The notes beneath the pieces are model-generated. The model was not told the origin of the DNA and did not search any database. It saw only the letters and a program-made list of their open reading frames with translations. 64,000 nucleotides of DNA from a virus (Duplodnaviria; Caudoviricetes): IMG/VR virus record IMGVR_UViG_3300029288_000065, positions 32,001 through 96,000 of that record; one strand, written 5' to 3'. The position numbers and the translations under genes are program-made. Of this stretch, positions 9,312 through 19,751 are shown one piece after another. Position 1 is the stretch's first letter; every line of letters begins with the position of its first letter.

Positions 9312-11183
9312 ATGTCAGAAAGTATGATCCAACAGTTGTTATTACGATGTAAAGGTAGTTCTATATTCTTCATAGAAAATTTCTGTAAAGTAAAGCACCC
9401 AAAAGCTGGTATAATGCCATTTAATTTATTCAGTTACCAGAAAAGATCACTACAAGAATTCCGAAAACACAGGTTTAATTGTTATAAGAAAACTCGTCAA
9501 TGTGGTGTTTCGACATTGGCTGGATCGTTCGCACTTTGGTATGCCATGTTTTATAATCACAAGACAGTATTAATTGTCTCCAAACGTGATTTGGATGCTA
9601 CCGCTTTCCTTGATAAGAACATAAAATTCGTTTATGATCACCTTCCTGATGAATTCAAGAAGATTTATGGTGATCCACCTCCGGTTTATAATGAGCATAC
9701 TATAAAATTCCCGAATGGTTCTATGATCCAAAGCTTAACTTCCAGTCCGGATACATTACGATCAAATTCATCATCTCTGAACATTCTGGACGAAGTCGCG
9801 TTTATGCCTGATATGGATACCATGTGGTCAGGCGGTTATTCGACCTTGATGCATGGTGGTTCAGTAATAGCAATCTCCACGACAAATGGAATGGGAAATT
9901 GGTATCATCTAACCTGGGAGGATGCAGTCGCTGGAAAAAATGAATTCAATCCAATTGAAGTGAACTGGTGGGATATGGATTGGACTCTGGAATATACGGA
10001 CGAGTTTACTGGACAGACTCGTAAAATTGCACCACGTGATGGAATCAGAAAATGCGTTTCCAAAGAAGAAAGGAATATGTGGGGTCCATATTGGAGTCCA
10101 TGGCTCCAAGAGCAGTATAGAGCATTGCAACAAAGAGGTGAAGCTCACCTCTTTAGACAAGAAATTTTGGCTGAATTTATTGGTACAGGAAATACCGTGT
10201 TACCAGCAGAAGCACTTCTGAGAATTAGAGAAGATCTCCAAGATGAATATTCTAGAGTGAACAGAGTTGATTATACGCACCCAGCTACAGATGAGAAACT
10301 TGTTCTTGATTTTGAAGATCTTCTTTGGATCTGGAAGAAACCAGTAAAACCGACAGTACCAGTTGTTGAGAATGGAAGGATTATTAAACCTGGTATACCA
10401 GGCCATGCATATTCGATGGGGATTGACGTTTCATCTGGTGAAGCCGACGATTATTCAGCAATTGAGATAATTGACGTTGTTGAAAAGGAACAGGTGGCTG
10501 AGCTTAATATAAAAGTTATGCCAAATATTTTGGCATTCATGGTTGATTATTTGGCCAGATATTATAATATGGCTTATGTTGTACCAGAGCGAACTGGTAT
10601 GGGTGTTGGACTCTGTAACGACATTTATTATACGTTAGGGTACCCTAACGTTTATCGTATGAAGAGTCCAAGTGGTATTCTAAGTAAGAAAATTGGTTTT
10701 CCAACATCTCCAACTTATAAGCCAACATTAACAAAATGTCTTTTGGATTACTTGACTGAAGATGATCTGAAAATTTATAGTCGCAGGTTATTTGGTCAAC
10801 TTTCGATTTTTATTCATCTGGGAGGGAATAAAGTTGGTAATGTTGATGGACCTGGTAACCATGACGATTTATCTATTGGTTTTGCTTTGGCATTAATGGG
10901 GATTTTGGAAGCTGCTCAATCAGACCAGAGGCAGCTTATTCCTCAACATTATGTTCCTACTGATGATCCGACGATGTCAGTAAATCCGAAATCGTTGACT
11001 GATATGACGCAGTCAGGAGGTTTGGGTTGTTTGATGCCTATGGTACTTGGGAATGAAGTTTTTACTTATGAGACTCCTGAGGAGATGGTTCGGAAATTTC
11101 AGAATCAGATTGGTGGTACAATAGTAAAACCTCCGTCAAATGCAGTTGTACCGAGGAAACATGATATTATTAAATATAAGTAA
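9312..11183 (+). CDS. Terminase large subunit, T4 gp17-like
   Basis: YQK adenine motif, KTRQCGVS Walker A variant, ILDEVAF Walker B, STTNG, FRQE, MGIDVSSG..DYSA, HDDL nuclease motifs. Confidence 0.93.
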   Translation: MSESMIQQLLLRCKGSSIFFIENFCKVKHPKAGIMPFNLFSYQKRSLQEFRKHRFNCYKKTRQCGVSTLAGSFALWYAMFYNHKTVLIVSKRDLDATAFLDKNIKFVYDHLPDEFKKIYGDPPPVYNEHTIKFPNGSMIQSLTSSPDTLRSNSSSLNILDEVAFMPDMDTMWSGGYSTLMHGGSVIAISTTNGMGNWYHLTWEDAVAGKNEFNPIEVNWWDMDWTLEYTDEFTGQTRKIAPRDGIRKCVSKEERNMWGPYWSPWLQEQYRALQQRGEAHLFRQEILAEFIGTGNTVLPAEALLRIREDLQDEYSRVNRVDYTHPATDEKLVLDFEDLLWIWKKPVKPTVPVVENGRIIKPGIPGHAYSMGIDVSSGEADDYSAIEIIDVVEKEQVAELNIKVMPNILAFMVDYLARYYNMAYVVPERTGMGVGLCNDIYYTLGYPNVYRMKSPSGILSKKIGFPTSPTYKPTLTKCLLDYLTEDDLKIYSRRLFGQLSIFIHLGGNKVGNVDGPGNHDDLSIGFALALMGILEAAQSDQRQLIPQHYVPTDDPTMSVNPKSLTDMTQSGGLGCLMPMVLGNEVFTYETPEEMVRKFQNQIGGTIVKPPSNAVVPRKHDIIKYK

Positions 11184-11227
11184 ATATTTAAGTGAGGAAA
11201 ACATATCTATGAATAATAGGAGTAAGT

Positions 11228-13060
11228 ATGCCACTACCTAATTGGCAATTATTTGATCGTTTGCGTGCATTTCTACGCAAGGCTAATTTGTTCCGACAGG
11301 ACAACTTATTCCAAGATCAAACTGCCCCAGATAGAATTATCAGCGGTGGAGATTTTATAGAATTCAGTAAACATGCAGGACTTCTGGAACAGACCAACCT
11401 CCAAATAAACAGACTGGAACGTTATAAAGACTATGATATGATGGATGAAGTTGGTGAGATTACTCTCGCGATGGATCTTTATGCTGATGAATCATCTCTA
11501 ATAGACCCAGAGCGAAAGCACGCAATCATAGTAAGATCGAAGAATAAGAAAATAAAGGAAGTTGTAGAAGACTTTCTATATAATACTCTGTTAATTGACA
11601 GAGATATCCGTCCAATGATTAGATATCTCTGCAAATATGGTGATTATGCTGCTGAAATGGTTCCTACGAAGAATCGTGATGGTTTGGCCTCCTTGAGATT
11701 CATAAACATCTACAATTTCACCAGAGTACAAACTAAGTTTGGTGACTTGGTTGGCTTCTATTATCAAGATCCAAATACGATGACTCCTTATTTTCTACAT
11801 CCTTGGCAAGTTGCCCATATGCGTTTGACAAGCTTTGAACAGATATATCATCCGTACGGAAAATCGCTTTTGGATGGTTCGCGAAAAGATTTCAAGCGTC
11901 TGCGTCTGATGGAAGATGCTGCGTTAATTTACAGAATAACACGCGCTCCTGAGAAAAGAATTTTCTCTATTCCAATTGGACAAATTCCTTCAAATCAGAT
12001 ATATATGTACTTGACTGAAATAGCAAGGCAATTTAAGAAACATAAATTCGTTGATCCTACGACTGGACAAGTAAATGAGAGATATAGTCCACTGATCCAG
12101 GAAGATGATTTCTTCCTTCCGAAGCGTCCAGATGGGACGGGACCAGAAGTTAGTACACTACCAGGTGCTCAGAATCTGGATCAGATTGAAGACATCCTTT
12201 ATTTCAAAAAGAAAATGATTGCAGGGTTAAAGATTCCGTTTAGCAGAGTTGGTATTGGTGAACAAACGGAAAGTGATGGTAGGTCTCTTTCGTCTGTTTC
12301 CCCTGAATTTGCCAAAGCTACGCAATGGGTCCAGCGCGAGATGGTTACTGGACTTCGCAAAGTTTGCGTAGTCCACTTGGCTTTACAGGGATATTCAATT
12401 CAGGAGATAAAGAGTTTTGATCTGTCTATGACTGCAGCGTCAGCCATTGATGAACTTTACCGGATTGAGACATGGAACACGCGTGCTGATATTATTGGTA
12501 CTCTAAAAGAATCCGGTTTATTCCCTGATGATTGGATTTTGGAGAGATTCACGGATATGACCCGTGATGAAATTGACCAACTTCAACGTGACAATGAAGA
12601 AAAGGCAGCTGTTCAAGCTGCCAGTCAAGAGCCGGCAGCTCCAGAAGATATTTTGACGATGGGTGAGGCTGTTGACGATGAAGATCAGAAGCTTATTAAT
12701 GAGTATAAGGATTATGAGAAGAGAATCTATGGTAGAAAGATTGTTATTCCAGATGAAGCGGAAAAGCCTTTGAAATATAGAAAAGATCCGATCTTTGAGA
12801 ATGCCTCTCTTGAATGGTATGTGAATAATAATGAGATAGATGGTCTTCCATCCAGAGATGAGAATACGTTATTGGTCGAATCGAAAGTTCCAATAAGTGA
12901 AATAAAGGAAGTACGGAAGCAGTATGAAATTCTTTTAAGTTATAATGGTGTACCAAACGAAAACATACAAAGGATGGCAAATTCGGTTGAAGAGGGGAAA
13001 CAAGTTCTTTCAGAGGATACAAGCGATCAGATACAGGAATCTGATCTCCCGCAAAAATAA
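11228..13060 (+). CDS. Portal protein, T4 gp20-like
   Basis: LRLMEDAALIYRITRAPEKRIF, EDDFFLPKR, TLPGAQNL..IEDILYFKKK...LKIPFSR. Confidence 0.95.
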   Translation: MPLPNWQLFDRLRAFLRKANLFRQDNLFQDQTAPDRIISGGDFIEFSKHAGLLEQTNLQINRLERYKDYDMMDEVGEITLAMDLYADESSLIDPERKHAIIVRSKNKKIKEVVEDFLYNTLLIDRDIRPMIRYLCKYGDYAAEMVPTKNRDGLASLRFINIYNFTRVQTKFGDLVGFYYQDPNTMTPYFLHPWQVAHMRLTSFEQIYHPYGKSLLDGSRKDFKRLRLMEDAALIYRITRAPEKRIFSIPIGQIPSNQIYMYLTEIARQFKKHKFVDPTTGQVNERYSPLIQEDDFFLPKRPDGTGPEVSTLPGAQNLDQIEDILYFKKKMIAGLKIPFSRVGIGEQTESDGRSLSSVSPEFAKATQWVQREMVTGLRKVCVVHLALQGYSIQEIKSFDLSMTAASAIDELYRIETWNTRADIIGTLKESGLFPDDWILERFTDMTRDEIDQLQRDNEEKAAVQAASQEPAAPEDILTMGEAVDDEDQKLINEYKDYEKRIYGRKIVIPDEAEKPLKYRKDPIFENASLEWYVNNNEIDGLPSRDENTLLVESKVPISEIKEVRKQYEILLSYNGVPNENIQRMANSVEEGKQVLSEDTSDQIQESDLPQK

Positions 13061-13087
13061 TTCAGACCTAGATAGAGGACAATACAC

Positions 13088-16000
13088 ATGAAAATTACGC
13101 TCCCAGTAACTGAGGTTGATGCTGGAAAATTCCTGCACTCAATCAATGTAGGAGCACACGCTCAAATCTCATTATTTGAAGAGCGTGTCAAACAAATGGG
13201 AAAGGAACTTGATGCCAATTGGCAACTTGCTTCCTTAGACCAGAAAAATGTATTCATTGAAGATATTGATACTCATACCTACTATCAAGGAAAAATTGAA
13301 AATATCGGAAAGGGTCGCGTTAAAATTACAGACCTCAAAGAACTTCGGATAGTTGAATCAAAGAAAGAAAACACTTTTAAGAAGAACGTAAGTGAACTGA
13401 TTACAGCATTATCTGAAGATAAGGTCGCAGATGCAGATGGAATCTTTAATAAGATCGCAAAGCAGAGATTCCGCTCTTCAGTAATCCCAGAAAGCGGTAT
13501 GGTAACCACCAGGGATGGACGAGCACGAACTGTCAAAGTTCAAAGAGAAATTATTGAAGAAAAGGATAGAGTAGGTCTCATCAAGAGAATAGCAGAAGCC
13601 CTAAAGGACGGCGTGAAAATTGAACGTGGCAGAATAGTTGAAGCAGTATTTGGTGATCAGACCATTAAGATCCCAATTAACGAAATGACACGCCGAAAAG
13701 TCGTAGCTGGTACAATTAAGGAAGCAGCCAAGAAAGCTTACCTCTCAGAAGGATTCCAAATGAGAGTTAAGCATGTTGCAACAATGGTAGTTGAAGAGAA
13801 AGTGAAAGAAGCAGTCCAAAACTTCTCTGAATTCTTCACAGAAAACCAAGAATTCTCACTTCTAAATATTACTGAAATGCGCGAACTGGCAGGCAACTCT
13901 CTAGCCGCCCAATGCTGCTTCAACAAGGCATTGGGGAATGATGTTGGTACCCTAATGTATAGAGCAAATTGTCGCGCCAATAAAGACACAATCATGACAG
14001 AGTGGCGCAAGACCGCTCGCATGACAGAATATGCACCATTTGTCGAGAATGTTAGAAGACTTGAGGAATCCAAGGATTTCGAGAGTGACTATAATGAATT
14101 CCTGGCAGCAATCTTCACTGAGAGTAGCAGAGATTTGAACCTGGAAGCTGCTGAACACCTCCTAACCCTCCGGAAGATCCGAGACCTTCTGACTGCTTCA
14201 AAGGAACAGTCTGAAGATCTCCAGAAGATCGATAATTACATCCGCGAACTTGAAATCAAGCGTGAGAATGTGGATGACGCAGCAATTATGGAAGTTAGGA
14301 ATTTCCTTGCTGGTTTGAGTGAGGAGATTATTGATGCAGCAGTTGCGTTGGATGCTTATTCCAACCCGAATATTGGTACGATGCAGTCCTTCGACGAGAT
14401 GCCAGCCGCAAGTGCTTCAGAGCCCAAGATGTTTGGTGCTTCTGCCGGTGGTGAGCCAGCTGACCTTGGTGGTATTGGTGAAGCTCTCCCACTGGAAGGT
14501 GAGCCAGGAATGGGCGGAGAAGCTGGTGGTGATGTTGCAGGTATGGAAGGCCCAGGTGGTGAACTTGAAGGTTTGGGCGGCGGTGGTGCTCCGGAAGGAG
14601 AAGGTGCTCCTGAAGAGGAAGGCAGCTTAGAAGAGTTATTGGCTGCAGATGTTCAGCGTACTGGGAAGCCACTTTCGGAAGCTCAGAGTGAATGGCTCAA
14701 GAATAAGATTGCTGAGAAGGGTAAGAAGACTGGTTCCAGCGATAAAGATGATGACAAGCCAGCTATGTCTTCAGATTCTTCGGAATCTGAGGAGACAGAA
14801 TGTGAAGATGGTGCAGCTTGTGAAGAGAAGGATATTCTCAAAATTCGCGCTGCAGTTTCTGAGCTGAATGTCAAGGGTCTCCACGCTGAATTGGTGGAAT
14901 GGAAGAAGAATGCTTCCAAATTTATTAAGGAAGATGGTCTTCCACGTGCTACTGTCCAATTGAAAGCTTACATTGACCATGCTCGGGCTTTGAATGAGAG
15001 TAAGCTCGCATCAGTTTTCGAGCAAATTCTTGTTGCTAATACTCCGATCAAGGTTGATAGTCCAGTTGTTGAGGACATCAGTGATGACCCCTACAAGTAT
15101 GTGGTTGAAGGGGTAAAGGAATCTGAAGACGGTCTTGGCGCGGGTGAGCCGAAGAAAAACATTTCTTTCCCATCTGGTGGTGACAAGACAGTTACCGACA
15201 TGGATGGAAAACATCCGAATGAAGTTACCCACCAGCCTGAATCCACATTGAAGAAGGGTGGACAGAAGATTGGTTCCAAGACGGTTGGTAAGGTCTGTTG
15301 TGGTGAATGTAACTCCACCTACGAAATCGTTGATTGCTTAAAAGAAGACACAGCTATCTGCCCAAGGTGTGGTGCCGATGTTTATGAGAATGTCATGGCA
15401 GTTTTGGACGAAGCCAAGACAGACCACAAGATGGATAGTCCAGAGGGAAAGGGACTTCAGAAGCAGAGTGTTGGCCAGGTAAAGATTTCGGCAAGTGGTG
15501 AAAAGCCGACCAATGATTCCCCAGAAGGAAAGGGAGTTGCAAAGAGCACTCCGAAGAAGGTTGATGGTACCAAGGGTGAGAAGGGTGGTAGTAAGAAAGA
15601 AGGAATGGAATGCCAGGATGGGAAACCAATTTCTGGTGGTGTGAAGGGTGAGGTCGAAGAGGGTAGTCGCCGACCACCTACTTCCAGGAAGACTATCGTT
15701 CACCCATTTAATAAGTCTGCTGGATTTACCACTGAAGAAGTTGACGATGTAGCTGCTCGAATTGCCGAAGCGATGGGCGATGAGGAAGAGCTGCCATTGG
15801 AAGATGAAGGTGGTGAACCAGGGGATGTTGGTGGAGATGATGTTGCTCCGCCATCTGATATTGCTGGTGGTCCTGCTGGTGGCCCTGAAATGGGTGATGC
15901 GGACTTGGTTTCTGACATTGGTGGCGCTTCTCCTGAGGGTGGTCTTGGTGATGAAGCTGGTTTGCCTCCAGTTGGTGGTGCTGAGGAATTACCTCCATCA

Positions 16001-16504
16001 GCTCCAGGGATGGATGTGGATCAGGGAACGTTTGAAGTTGATATTCCTGCTACTTCCGACACTGGTGATCCAGTTACTCAAATCAAGATCAATCTTCCAG
16101 GTGGCGAGGTAGAGGGGATAGAGACAGTTGGTGAAATGCCTCCTCCTGGTGGTGCTGAGTTGCCTCCTCCTGGTGGTGAAGTTCCTGAAGAAATTCCGCC
16201 AATTGGTGGTGAGGAAGGTCCTCCGACTGAAATTCCGCCAGCGGGCGGTGGTGAGGGGATTGAGACTCTTCCTTCTGATGAGGAAGAGGACGAGATCGTA
16301 CCAGAAGAGAAGGAAGTCAAACCTGCTGTCCAGAAGAAGTTTCCAGCTTCCAAGAATCCAATTGGTAAAGCTGGAGAAGGCAGTGTAAAGTGCCCACCTG
16401 ACAACAAGAAGACTGAAAAGGCAGCACGTGATCAAGGTAATCCAAAACCGACTCTCTCTACCTACACAGGAGAGTCGGGCAAGGTTCCGAAAGCCAAAAA
16501 GTAA
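13088..16504 (+). CDS. Large acidic head-morphogenesis protein (prohead core / internal protein candidate)
   Basis: Between portal and protease (T4 gp67/gp68 position); long G/E/P low-complexity tracts; CGEC...CPRC Zn ribbon; GAGGA SD. Confidence 0.55.
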   Translation: MKITLPVTEVDAGKFLHSINVGAHAQISLFEERVKQMGKELDANWQLASLDQKNVFIEDIDTHTYYQGKIENIGKGRVKITDLKELRIVESKKENTFKKNVSELITALSEDKVADADGIFNKIAKQRFRSSVIPESGMVTTRDGRARTVKVQREIIEEKDRVGLIKRIAEALKDGVKIERGRIVEAVFGDQTIKIPINEMTRRKVVAGTIKEAAKKAYLSEGFQMRVKHVATMVVEEKVKEAVQNFSEFFTENQEFSLLNITEMRELAGNSLAAQCCFNKALGNDVGTLMYRANCRANKDTIMTEWRKTARMTEYAPFVENVRRLEESKDFESDYNEFLAAIFTESSRDLNLEAAEHLLTLRKIRDLLTASKEQSEDLQKIDNYIRELEIKRENVDDAAIMEVRNFLAGLSEEIIDAAVALDAYSNPNIGTMQSFDEMPAASASEPKMFGASAGGEPADLGGIGEALPLEGEPGMGGEAGGDVAGMEGPGGELEGLGGGGAPEGEGAPEEEGSLEELLAADVQRTGKPLSEAQSEWLKNKIAEKGKKTGSSDKDDDKPAMSSDSSESEETECEDGAACEEKDILKIRAAVSELNVKGLHAELVEWKKNASKFIKEDGLPRATVQLKAYIDHARALNESKLASVFEQILVANTPIKVDSPVVEDISDDPYKYVVEGVKESEDGLGAGEPKKNISFPSGGDKTVTDMDGKHPNEVTHQPESTLKKGGQKIGSKTVGKVCCGECNSTYEIVDCLKEDTAICPRCGADVYENVMAVLDEAKTDHKMDSPEGKGLQKQSVGQVKISASGEKPTNDSPEGKGVAKSTPKKVDGTKGEKGGSKKEGMECQDGKPISGGVKGEVEEGSRRPPTSRKTIVHPFNKSAGFTTEEVDDVAARIAEAMGDEEELPLEDEGGEPGDVGGDDVAPPSDIAGGPAGGPEMGDADLVSDIGGASPEGGLGDEAGLPPVGGAEELPPSAPGMDVDQGTFEVDIPATSDTGDPVTQIKINLPGGEVEGIETVGEMPPPGGAELPPPGGEVPEEIPPIGGEEGPPTEIPPAGGGEGIETLPSDEEEDEIVPEEKEVKPAVQKKFPASKNPIGKAGEGSVKCPPDNKKTEKAARDQGNPKPTLSTYTGESGKVPKAKK

Positions 16505-16533
16505 GGGGTTTGGGAGAGTAAACGGAGAATAAC

Positions 16534-17283
16534 ATGGTAAATACCCCTTCTACCAGGAATAGGATTGCAAGGATCCCGGTCATAAGCCGGGATCATATTT
16601 CTTTAACTGGTGAAATTCCCCAGGGATATACTCTTTTCCAGGATGATATTCTTTTTAAGATGTTGGATTTCAAGAAGGGTACGTTGAAGAATCATCCTCT
16701 TCTTGAGAGTATTGGTATCAAAGAAATTCCTGTTATGCGCTGCAAGGGTGTTTTCCAGAGAGCTGATGAGAAGAATGCCAATGGGAGAATTTACCCATTG
16801 GGGATTCTTAAAGAGGCTGTCAAGAGATTGGCGAAGCCGATTTCTGAACGTAGGGTAATGGGTGAATTTGATCATCCACCAGATGCAAAGATTCATCTTG
16901 ATAGAGTTTCTCATTTGGTAACCAATCTTTGGGCTGAAGACAAGACTGTTATGGGTGAGATTGAAGTTATTAATGATGATCGTTGTCCGTGTGGTAGTAT
17001 GCTGGCTTGTTATTTGGATCGTGGGATTCAGATTGGTATCAGTTCTCGTGGTGTTGGTGATATGGAGTTGGTTGTTGTTGAGGGTGAGGATGCATATCAG
17101 GTTCAGGATGGTTTTGAATTTATTACTTTTGATGCTGTTGCTGAACCCAGTGTTACTGGTACTCAGCTTAAGAAGTTGAATGAGGCCAAGGAGCGTCAGC
17201 GGGTTGCTGCACGCCAGGTTGCTTTGAGGGAAGCCAAGGAAAAAGTCCTAGCTGAAGAGGTTCGTCGGTTCTTCCGAAGCTAG
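16534..17283 (+). CDS. Prohead core protease, T4 gp21-like
   Basis: NANGRIYP, GEFDHP, VSH, ISSRGVG, FDAVAEPS catalytic motifs. Confidence 0.93.
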   Translation: MVNTPSTRNRIARIPVISRDHISLTGEIPQGYTLFQDDILFKMLDFKKGTLKNHPLLESIGIKEIPVMRCKGVFQRADEKNANGRIYPLGILKEAVKRLAKPISERRVMGEFDHPPDAKIHLDRVSHLVTNLWAEDKTVMGEIEVINDDRCPCGSMLACYLDRGIQIGISSRGVGDMELVVVEGEDAYQVQDGFEFITFDAVAEPSVTGTQLKKLNEAKERQRVAARQVALREAKEKVLAEEVRRFFRS

Positions 17284-17327
17284 GAGTACACCTTTTGGGC
17301 AAATTTAATTTGTAAGAGGAGACCACG

Positions 17328-18053
17328 ATGAACAAGATTTTCGACCTGCTCAAGCAGTTGGGCGCTTCCCCAGAGCTGCAGAAACAGATCGTGGAAGCAT
17401 TAGATGAGTATAAACAAGGTGTAAAGACAAGACTTGAAGAAGAGTTTAAGCAGCGTGTACATTCAGCGAAGAAGGTTTGCGCTGAAGCTGTTGAAAATGA
17501 GAAGAGAGAACTGGCCAAGAAGATTGAAATCTTCTTGGAAGCCAGGATAAATTCGATCACGAAGGAAGCAGCAAAACATGCGGCTATTGGTGAGTCCGAT
17601 GCTACCAGGATGCTGAGAGAGGTAAAATCTCTCGTTGAAGGCACCAAGATTGGTGGCAATGGTGGCTCCGACCAGGCTGCAATCGCTGAGACCGAGGAGG
17701 TCAAGCAGCTGCGCATCCAGAATAAGCAACTCAAGGAGAATCTGGACAAGGTTTCTCTCAAGGCCAAGAGAGCGAATGACATCGCTGTTAAGGCTCTCGA
17801 GAGAAATAAACTGCTGGAAGCAGCCAAATCGGCTGAAAAACCAGCAGTTACCGAATCCAAGATTACTCCACCAGCAAAGCCACAGGCCAAGCTGGGAGAG
17901 TTGAAGAAGCCGACCAGTGCACCGACCACTGGTCGCCCAGCTCTTACAGAGAGCGTGGTCAAAGCGCCAGCCAAGACCCAGGCTGAATCGGCAGACCCAG
18001 ATGTTGCGGCGATTGCAAGTCAGTTGGACGGAGACCCCGCTTTCATTGGCTAA
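17328..18053 (+). CDS. Prohead scaffold protein, T4 gp22-like
   Basis: Coiled-coil, E/K/A-rich, between protease and MCP; GAGGAG SD. Confidence 0.7.
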   Translation: MNKIFDLLKQLGASPELQKQIVEALDEYKQGVKTRLEEEFKQRVHSAKKVCAEAVENEKRELAKKIEIFLEARINSITKEAAKHAAIGESDATRMLREVKSLVEGTKIGGNGGSDQAAIAETEEVKQLRIQNKQLKENLDKVSLKAKRANDIAVKALERNKLLEAAKSAEKPAVTESKITPPAKPQAKLGELKKPTSAPTTGRPALTESVVKAPAKTQAESADPDVAAIASQLDGDPAFIG

Positions 18054-18086
18054 TGCCAATCAGAGCCTAACTCAGGAGATTCCACA

Positions 18087-19649
18087 ATGGTAGTAAAGAA
18101 AACCCAGCATCTGACCAGCGCAACACCGGCTGGTGGGAATGACACACGGATGCAGAAACTCGTACTGGAATCCAAGCGGAACCAAATGGTTAACCGCTGG
18201 CAGCCAGTATTGGCAAAGTGCCGTGAAGTCCAGCCCAATAAGTACGGACTCATGGCAGCGGTGTTGGAAAACCAGCACGCCTACATGGAAAGCAAGAAGA
18301 AAGGTGGATTCCTCACAGAGGAAGCAACCACCACGGGCGATATTGCTGATTTCACCCGCTTTGCACTCCCGATGATCCGCAAGTCCTACCCGCGCCTCAT
18401 CGCCGATAACCTCGTTGGCGTTCAGCCGATGAGCAGCCCAGCCAGCTTGATCTTCTACATCCGCTATCGTTACGCCATCAGCAAGGGCCAGACGGTTGCC
18501 GGAACGCAGATCATGCGCCAGAATACTGCTCAGCAGTTTGCTCGGCAGAACGGTTGGGCGCTTGACCCATACTACAGCTCCCAGACCGTCAAGGGAGAAG
18601 ACCTTACCATCAACCCAGGTGGAATGGTCGTCGTGGGAACACTCCTCCACAAACCAGTTCTTGCTGGTACAGTGGTTGTTAACGTTTACGCATCAGACGT
18701 TGATAACTGCGAAGACGCAACCCCGTGTCTGCAGGTCACGTTCGATTCGGACGGTCTGCCTGAATTCGTAATCCCAGGCGACGGCTCGGACTGCCCAACA
18801 GTCACAGTTGATACCACCACCACTGGTGCCACTCGGTTCAACCACGAGACGGGCGCTGTAACAGTGACCCTCAGCGCTGGAGCATTCCCAGCCGGCTTCA
18901 TCGCCAGAGCGGACTACGAGTTCGATCTTGAGAACAACCCATTCCAGCCAGAAATCACACTGTCCATCGACAGTGACTCGGTTTCCGCTGTGACGCGTAA
19001 GCTCAAGACCAGCTGGTCCCTGGAAGCTGCCCAGGACCTGAAGTCCGTCCACAACATCGACGCAGAAGGCACGTTGACCGACCTCATGGCCGATGAAATG
19101 GTTGCTGAAATCGACCGCGAAATCATCAACGACTTGATCATCGCTGCCGCGATTCGTGCGACCCACAACTTCGCGACGGCTGCCGGTGCCTCAGTCAACT
19201 TCACAGACCGAAACATTGCGTTGCTCTACAAGGTCCTGGAAGTTGCAAACATCATCCACAGAACCACCCTCCGTGGTCCTGCAAACTGGATGGTGACCAG
19301 TGCGGATATCGCCAGCAAGTTCGAACAGCTGAACGATTTCCGTGGATCGGATGCTCTCGCCAACGAGGGTATCGATATCGGCATCACCTCTGCCGGTACG
19401 ATCCAGGGCAAGTTGAAGCTGTACAAGGACCCACTCTTCCCGAACTGCAAGATCCTGCTCGGATTCAAGGGGAACTCGGTTCTGGATTCGGGTTACTTCT
19501 ACGCTCCATACATCCCACTGCTCAGCACTCCGACCGTGCTGGACCCGAACAGCTTCACGCCGAATAAGGGAATTATGACCAGATACGGCAAGAAGCTCAT
19601 TGAGGATGGTGGCCTGTACTACGCCACTGTTAATGTAACAAACCTTTAA
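18087..19649 (+). CDS. Major capsid protein, T4 gp23-like
   Basis: PRLIADNLVGVQPM, TRKLKTSWSLEAAQDL, AEIDREII, GYFYAPYIPL, GIMTRYG; strong C-ending codon bias; AGGAG SD. Confidence 0.97.
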   Translation: MVVKKTQHLTSATPAGGNDTRMQKLVLESKRNQMVNRWQPVLAKCREVQPNKYGLMAAVLENQHAYMESKKKGGFLTEEATTTGDIADFTRFALPMIRKSYPRLIADNLVGVQPMSSPASLIFYIRYRYAISKGQTVAGTQIMRQNTAQQFARQNGWALDPYYSSQTVKGEDLTINPGGMVVVGTLLHKPVLAGTVVVNVYASDVDNCEDATPCLQVTFDSDGLPEFVIPGDGSDCPTVTVDTTTTGATRFNHETGAVTVTLSAGAFPAGFIARADYEFDLENNPFQPEITLSIDSDSVSAVTRKLKTSWSLEAAQDLKSVHNIDAEGTLTDLMADEMVAEIDREIINDLIIAAAIRATHNFATAAGASVNFTDRNIALLYKVLEVANIIHRTTLRGPANWMVTSADIASKFEQLNDFRGSDALANEGIDIGITSAGTIQGKLKLYKDPLFPNCKILLGFKGNSVLDSGYFYAPYIPLLSTPTVLDPNSFTPNKGIMTRYGKKLIEDGGLYYATVNVTNL

Positions 19650-19658
19650 GATCCAAAT

Positions 19659-19688
19659 GAAGAACCCCGGCAAAAACCGGGGTTCTTC
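19659..19688 (+). terminator. Intrinsic terminator after MCP (possibly bidirectional)
   Basis: GAAGAACCCCGG-caaaaa-CCGGGGTTCTTC perfect 12-bp stem. Confidence 0.8.
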
Positions 19689-19690
19689 TG

Positions 19691-19751
19691 TATTTGATCC
19701 TTATTGGGTGTGAGCAAATATAGTTAGTACACACCCAATAAGGATCAAATA
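19691..19751 (+). promoter_or_regulatory. 22-bp perfect hairpin sequestering the SD of the HNH-MTase gene, with a promoter-like motif in the loop
   Basis: TATTTGATCCTTATTGGGTGTG (19691-19712) / CACACCCAATAAGGATCAAATA (19730-19751); ATG at 19752; loop contains CAAATATAG. Confidence 0.8.

Noticed and set aside
9960-10110. Possible intein or intron in TerL (extra WDMDW...WGPYWSPW segment)
   Set aside because: Too short, no C/S-start or HN-C/S/T splice motifs, and the frame is uninterrupted.
13285-19673. Numerous long antisense and alternate-frame ORFs over the head genes (e.g. 17168..17974, 18072..18650)
   Set aside because: Shadow ORFs produced by biased codon usage of strongly supported + strand genes; no SD or recognisable motifs.
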